A stretch of DNA of 64,000 nt. It comes from a virus. Below, piece after piece: positions 60,189 through 64,000 of the stretch. The stretch's first letter is position 1; every line of letters starts with the position of its first letter. The stretch lies in IMG/VR virus record IMGVR_UViG_3300002307_000038, positions 1-64,000 of that record; one strand, 5' to 3'. Under the pieces are notes generated by a model that saw nothing but the letters and a program-made list of their open reading frames with translations, did no database searches and was not told the origin of the DNA. Made by a program: the position numbers and the translations under genes.

Positions 60189-60255
60189 TGCTGATGTCTC
60201 CTGTGACATTAGAGTAGTTGGGAACGCCAATTCCGCGAACTACATAGTTATTTAT
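60189..60255 (-). promoter_or_regulatory. Late promoter plus conserved two-hairpin leader of HNH gene (copy 2)
   Basis: ATAAATA-5 nt-identical 30-mer-TCTA-ATGTC acagga GACAT-CAGCA-ATG. Confidence 0.8.
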
Positions 60256-60256
60256 C

Positions 60257-60631
60257 TCAACTAACCTTTCTGACAAGCGTAATACTTCTGCGTTTACTAC
60301 GTTTCTGTGCTATTTCTTTAAGACTAATGTAAGGGCCGTGCTGTATATCTACGTCTTTGCTGTTGAATGTCTTTAGACAAACTCTGAACTCTACCCAATC
60401 CTGCTTTAAAAACACATTAATAGGCACTAGTCTATTACTTTCCCACCACCATTGATCGGCTAACTCTAAGAACTTAGTCTTCTGTTCTATAGTGCGCAGA
60501 GCCGCGTAGTCATAGATAGTTGTTATCAGTTCGTCCGAGTTTTGTATAATACCTATATAGTCGTTACCACCATAGGTTATGAATGAAATAAAAGGATATT
60601 GATCCAGTAAATTCTTGTAGACGTCTTCCAT
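60257..60631 (-). CDS. Hypothetical phage protein
   Basis: WWWESNR..PIN.FL motif; minus-strand TATAAATA near 60690. Confidence 0.7.
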   Translation of the reverse strand: MEDVYKNLLDQYPFISFITYGGNDYIGIIQNSDELITTIYDYAALRTIEQKTKFLELADQWWWESNRLVPINVFLKQDWVEFRVCLKTFNSKDVDIQHGPYISLKEIAQKRSKRRSITLVRKVS

Positions 60632-60671
60632 CGAGATGCGATAAATACCTTATAAGAGATCGAGACCAAAA

Positions 60672-61187
60672 GTGCCTACAATCACAAGTTATTTATATCT
60701 TCAAAAAATTCAAGTAGAACTTCTGGATTTTTCAGACCCTACAATTAAACCGAGGAACCGCCCAGTGTACGCCCGCCCAATAAAAATCTATCAAGGGATT
60801 GATAATCCTGTACAAATTAAAGTATTAAATCAGGACCAAAAACCTGTTAATTTAAACAGATACACAGTGCAGGTGGATATACAAGACCCTGTTAATCAAA
60901 CAACAGCCTATAGTTTTGCAGCAAATGGATCTTCACAGTACAGTAATTTAACCATAGGCACTACTACAATATTGTTTGCTGCCAACGTGGTTAACAGTTT
61001 AGATCAACGTTTTTATAAAGTTACTACAAGAGTTATTAATAATGCAGACAGCACGCAGGCTCCGCTGTATGCAGATGCTAACTTTGGCGTGCCTATTGAT
61101 TTAGAAGTATTACCAGCTTACTACTCAACCACCACTACAGTGTTTAATACATCTGAAACAGTTATTGACCCGGGATTGTTACCATAA
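60672..61187 (+). CDS. Putative virion/baseplate-associated protein
   Basis: Late promoter at 60642; beta-rich; coupled to fibre gene. Confidence 0.55.
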   Translation: MPTITSYLYLQKIQVELLDFSDPTIKPRNRPVYARPIKIYQGIDNPVQIKVLNQDQKPVNLNRYTVQVDIQDPVNQTTAYSFAANGSSQYSNLTIGTTTILFAANVVNSLDQRFYKVTTRVINNADSTQAPLYADANFGVPIDLEVLPAYYSTTTTVFNTSETVIDPGLLP

Positions 61188-64000
61188 TGGCTATAAACTA
61201 CAGCAACGTCGCTATTACCAAAGTATTATTATTACGCGGTAATACCATACAAAATGACAGATACCTAGGCCTGCCAGGTGAACCTACCATTGACCTAGAA
61301 GCTAAAACACTGCGCATCCATGACGGTGTTACAGTTGGTGGACATGAAATAGAATCTACTGCTAATCTCAGCAGTTTCTCAGGCAATATTATACCTAGTG
61401 CTAATAGTGTTTACAGTCTAGGCAGTATTACTAATCAATGGCATCATCTATACGTCAGCAGTAATACTATTTACATTGGTGGTACAGCACTAACGATCGC
61501 CAACGGTAATCTAACAGTTGGTGGTAACGCAGTCACTGGCACGGGTAGCGGCAATGTAGCTAACCTATGGAACAGTGGAAAAACAGTCAGCCTTGGTACA
61601 AATGGAATAACAACATTCCCTGGTGATATTTATTTTAATAACAACAGCGGTGTAATTGAACAAGGTGCGAATAGACTTACAATCACTGGCAATGCTATTC
61701 AGGTTAATACTGGTGCTTACTTCAATGACGATGGTGAAGCTGCGATATTTGCTCTTACATCTGTGCAAATAGCCACTGATACCAACAGCGTTACTCCAAA
61801 AACCTGGGATTTTAGCCAAGCTGGTAAACTGACATTTGCTGGCACGCTGACTAATGGTGCAACGTTCGACGGTAATGATTTTTCCGCCGCACCTAACAGT
61901 TTTATAGAACTTGCTGGCTACACTGGTAATACTTATGTGGGTCTTGACAACGATAGTGTGTTTATCCAAACAAACTGGAGCACGGCAGGAAAACAATGGA
62001 CATTCGGCACAGATGGTACTACATTATTTCCAGATCAGGCCATTGATGGAGGAACAGCACCAATTGAATTAAAGAGTCGTAGTTGGAGTCAACTGACATA
62101 TAACAATAGTGACATGAATCAACAGCCTAACAAAAATCACAGCACTACATTTTATGTAGAAGGTGGTGATGCGTTGTTAGAAATATTCCGTTGGGACAGT
62201 GGTAATGTTATGCAACATCGTCAATGGACATTCTCAAGTGATGGTAGTTTATCATTGCCAGATACAGGTAGTATTACATTCCCAGACAATACTGTCCAAA
62301 CCACAGCATTTAGTAATGCCGCAGTCAGCAGTTACCTAGCAGATACTACACTTAAAACTTTTGGTGACAGTGTAACTATCACAGGTAATCTAACAGTCCA
62401 AGGTAATCTATTCCTTACTGGTAATACTACCTTAGTATCAACTAACAACCTGATTATCAATGACAACATTATCTATGTAGCTAATGCCAACCCAGGCAGT
62501 AGTCTAGACATTGGTTTCGTTGGGCACTTTACAAGTACCGCATATCAACATACAGGTCTGGTTCGTCAAGCAACTAGCAACCAATGGCAACTGTTTAGTA
62601 ACGTGGTTGCTGAGCCTGGAGCCACTATTGACTTTACTAATGCCGTCTACGATGACATCAGAGTTGGTAATATTACCAGCCCGACTATTATAGGTATTAA
62701 TGCTAACGTAGCGACAGCTAACGTTGGTATCAAAGGTTATGTTGACCTAGCCAACACTATACAATCCGCACAGTTAACAGCGGCTAACACAGCATGGGCC
62801 GCTAATGCTAGTGCGCAACAGACATTGATCAGCTCACTACAAAGTAATGCCGCTAGCCAGGAAACAGAAATACAAAGTCTATTTGCTAACAGCTATCAGC
62901 AACAGGCTCTGATAGGTAACCTACAGGCTAGTGCTTACAGTAACGTCAACGTAGCGGCATACTTAAGTTCACAGGGCATTGGCGGCGGCAACTATAGTAA
63001 TGTAAACGTAGCGGCTTATTTAACAACTAACAGCTACCTAACCAGCAACCTAGCTAACTTGTCTAATTACGCTTATGCAGCCAACGTAACCTCAGCTAAT
63101 GTAGGCATGAAGGGCTACGTTGACCTAGCTAATTCAATCCAATCAGCTCAAATGACCGCGGCCAACGTGGGTATCATTGGTTATATCGATCAAGGCAACA
63201 CTATACAAGCGGCTGCAATTACAGCGGCCAACGTGGGTATGCTAGGCTATGTTAATAGTCAATCATTCTATAGTAATGCAAAGGTAGCAACATACTTACA
63301 AGCGGGTAATATTGCTAACGTGAGTGTAGCTGGTAATGTAACAGCTACTTACTTTGTAGGTAATGGCGCACTGTTAACCGGTATAGCCGCAAGTAGTAAC
63401 TATGGCAACGTACAGGTAGCACAATATCTGCAAGTAGGTAATATTGCTAATATTTCAGTGGCTGGTAATGTAACTGCTACTTACTTTGTGGGTAATGGTA
63501 GTCAGTTAACTGGCATTCCAGCTGGATATAGTAATGTACAAACAGCGGCATACTTAAATGCTACAGGTTACAACTTATATTCAAATGTAAACGTAGCCGC
63601 TTACTTGTCAAGTCAAGGCATTGGTGGTGGCAACTATAGCAACGTAAACGTTAAAGCATATACCGAAACCATTGGCTTAACAAACTATAGTAATGTTAAC
63701 ACAGCAGCCTATACACAGACAATGGGCTACACTAATTACTCAAACGTAAACGTAGCTGCATACATACCAACGCATACAGGCAACGTTGGTGTAAACAACT
63801 TAATTGGTACAACACCTAACGTAACATTGGTAGCTAACAGCTACTCAACAACCTATGACATCTACGGTAACGTAGCATTTGGTAATGCACTATATCCGGT
63901 ACAAGTTTATGCTACTGGCAATATTTCAACTAGTGGTTACCTATTTGGTAATGGTGCGTTCTTAACTGGTATTGTCGCATCGGGCGGTGGAGGCAGTAGC
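61187..64000 (+). CDS. Long fibre protein with Mtd_N-like N-terminus; runs off window (absent from ORF track)
   Basis: ATG 61187 MAINYSNV...LLRGNT...G..GE.TID....LRIHDGVTVGG; same frame at 64000; YSNVNVAAYL repeats. Confidence 0.8.
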   Translation, partial: MAINYSNVAITKVLLLRGNTIQNDRYLGLPGEPTIDLEAKTLRIHDGVTVGGHEIESTANLSSFSGNIIPSANSVYSLGSITNQWHHLYVSSNTIYIGGTALTIANGNLTVGGNAVTGTGSGNVANLWNSGKTVSLGTNGITTFPGDIYFNNNSGVIEQGANRLTITGNAIQVNTGAYFNDDGEAAIFALTSVQIATDTNSVTPKTWDFSQAGKLTFAGTLTNGATFDGNDFSAAPNSFIELAGYTGNTYVGLDNDSVFIQTNWSTAGKQWTFGTDGTTLFPDQAIDGGTAPIELKSRSWSQLTYNNSDMNQQPNKNHSTTFYVEGGDALLEIFRWDSGNVMQHRQWTFSSDGSLSLPDTGSITFPDNTVQTTAFSNAAVSSYLADTTLKTFGDSVTITGNLTVQGNLFLTGNTTLVSTNNLIINDNIIYVANANPGSSLDIGFVGHFTSTAYQHTGLVRQATSNQWQLFSNVVAEPGATIDFTNAVYDDIRVGNITSPTIIGINANVATANVGIKGYVDLANTIQSAQLTAANTAWAANASAQQTLISSLQSNAASQETEIQSLFANSYQQQALIGNLQASAYSNVNVAAYLSSQGIGGGNYSNVNVAAYLTTNSYLTSNLANLSNYAYAANVTSANVGMKGYVDLANSIQSAQMTAANVGIIGYIDQGNTIQAAAITAANVGMLGYVNSQSFYSNAKVATYLQAGNIANVSVAGNVTATYFVGNGALLTGIAASSNYGNVQVAQYLQVGNIANISVAGNVTATYFVGNGSQLTGIPAGYSNVQTAAYLNATGYNLYSNVNVAAYLSSQGIGGGNYSNVNVKAYTETIGLTNYSNVNTAAYTQTMGYTNYSNVNVAAYIPTHTGNVGVNNLIGTTPNVTLVANSYSTTYDIYGNVAFGNALYPVQVYATGNISTSGYLFGNGAFLTGIVASGGGGSS

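Noticed and set aside
54375-60255. HNH genes as IscB/HEARO-type RNA-guided nucleases
   Set aside because: No RuvC or PLMP motifs; associated element is only about 60 nt with no evident variable guide
61187-64000. Diversity-generating retroelement suggested by Mtd_N-like domain
   Set aside because: No reverse transcriptase or adenine-specific TR/VR pair in the window
1-64000. Stop-codon reassignment, tRNAs, introns or inteins
   Set aside because: Conserved genes (terminase, sheath, UvsX, UvsW, AhcY, Fhs) are uninterrupted under code 11; no cloverleaf seen by eye

Overview
AT-rich segment of a large lytic myovirus (Caudoviricetes) distantly related to T4-like phages; no cellular housekeeping context, tRNA, rRNA or CRISPR array is visible. 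In order, it carries: long Asn/Thr/Gly-rich fibre genes at both ends; neck, tail-terminator, sheath, tube, head-completion and large terminase genes; acidic putative internal head proteins; gp32/UvsX/UvsY; and an auxiliary block (RNA polymerase omega homolog, Cys-less QueF-like protein, AhcY, a ~12 kb nucleotide-sugar/methylation/glycosyltransferase cluster, Fhs). These are followed by a small-ORF early region with repeated sigma70 promoters, UvsW, a ~195 aa DnaE-like core, and three free-standing antisense homing-type endonucleases. The most notable unexplained signals are: (1) an identical 30-nt hairpin plus a covarying RBS hairpin between a late promoter and the start of both HNH endonuclease genes; (2) a putative virion glycosylation system with its own methyl-cycle support, together with N-x-S/T-rich fibres; (3) RBS-sequestering hairpins with a promoter in the loop, and near-leaderless genes. 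All functional calls come from motif recognition by eye; no database search was run.
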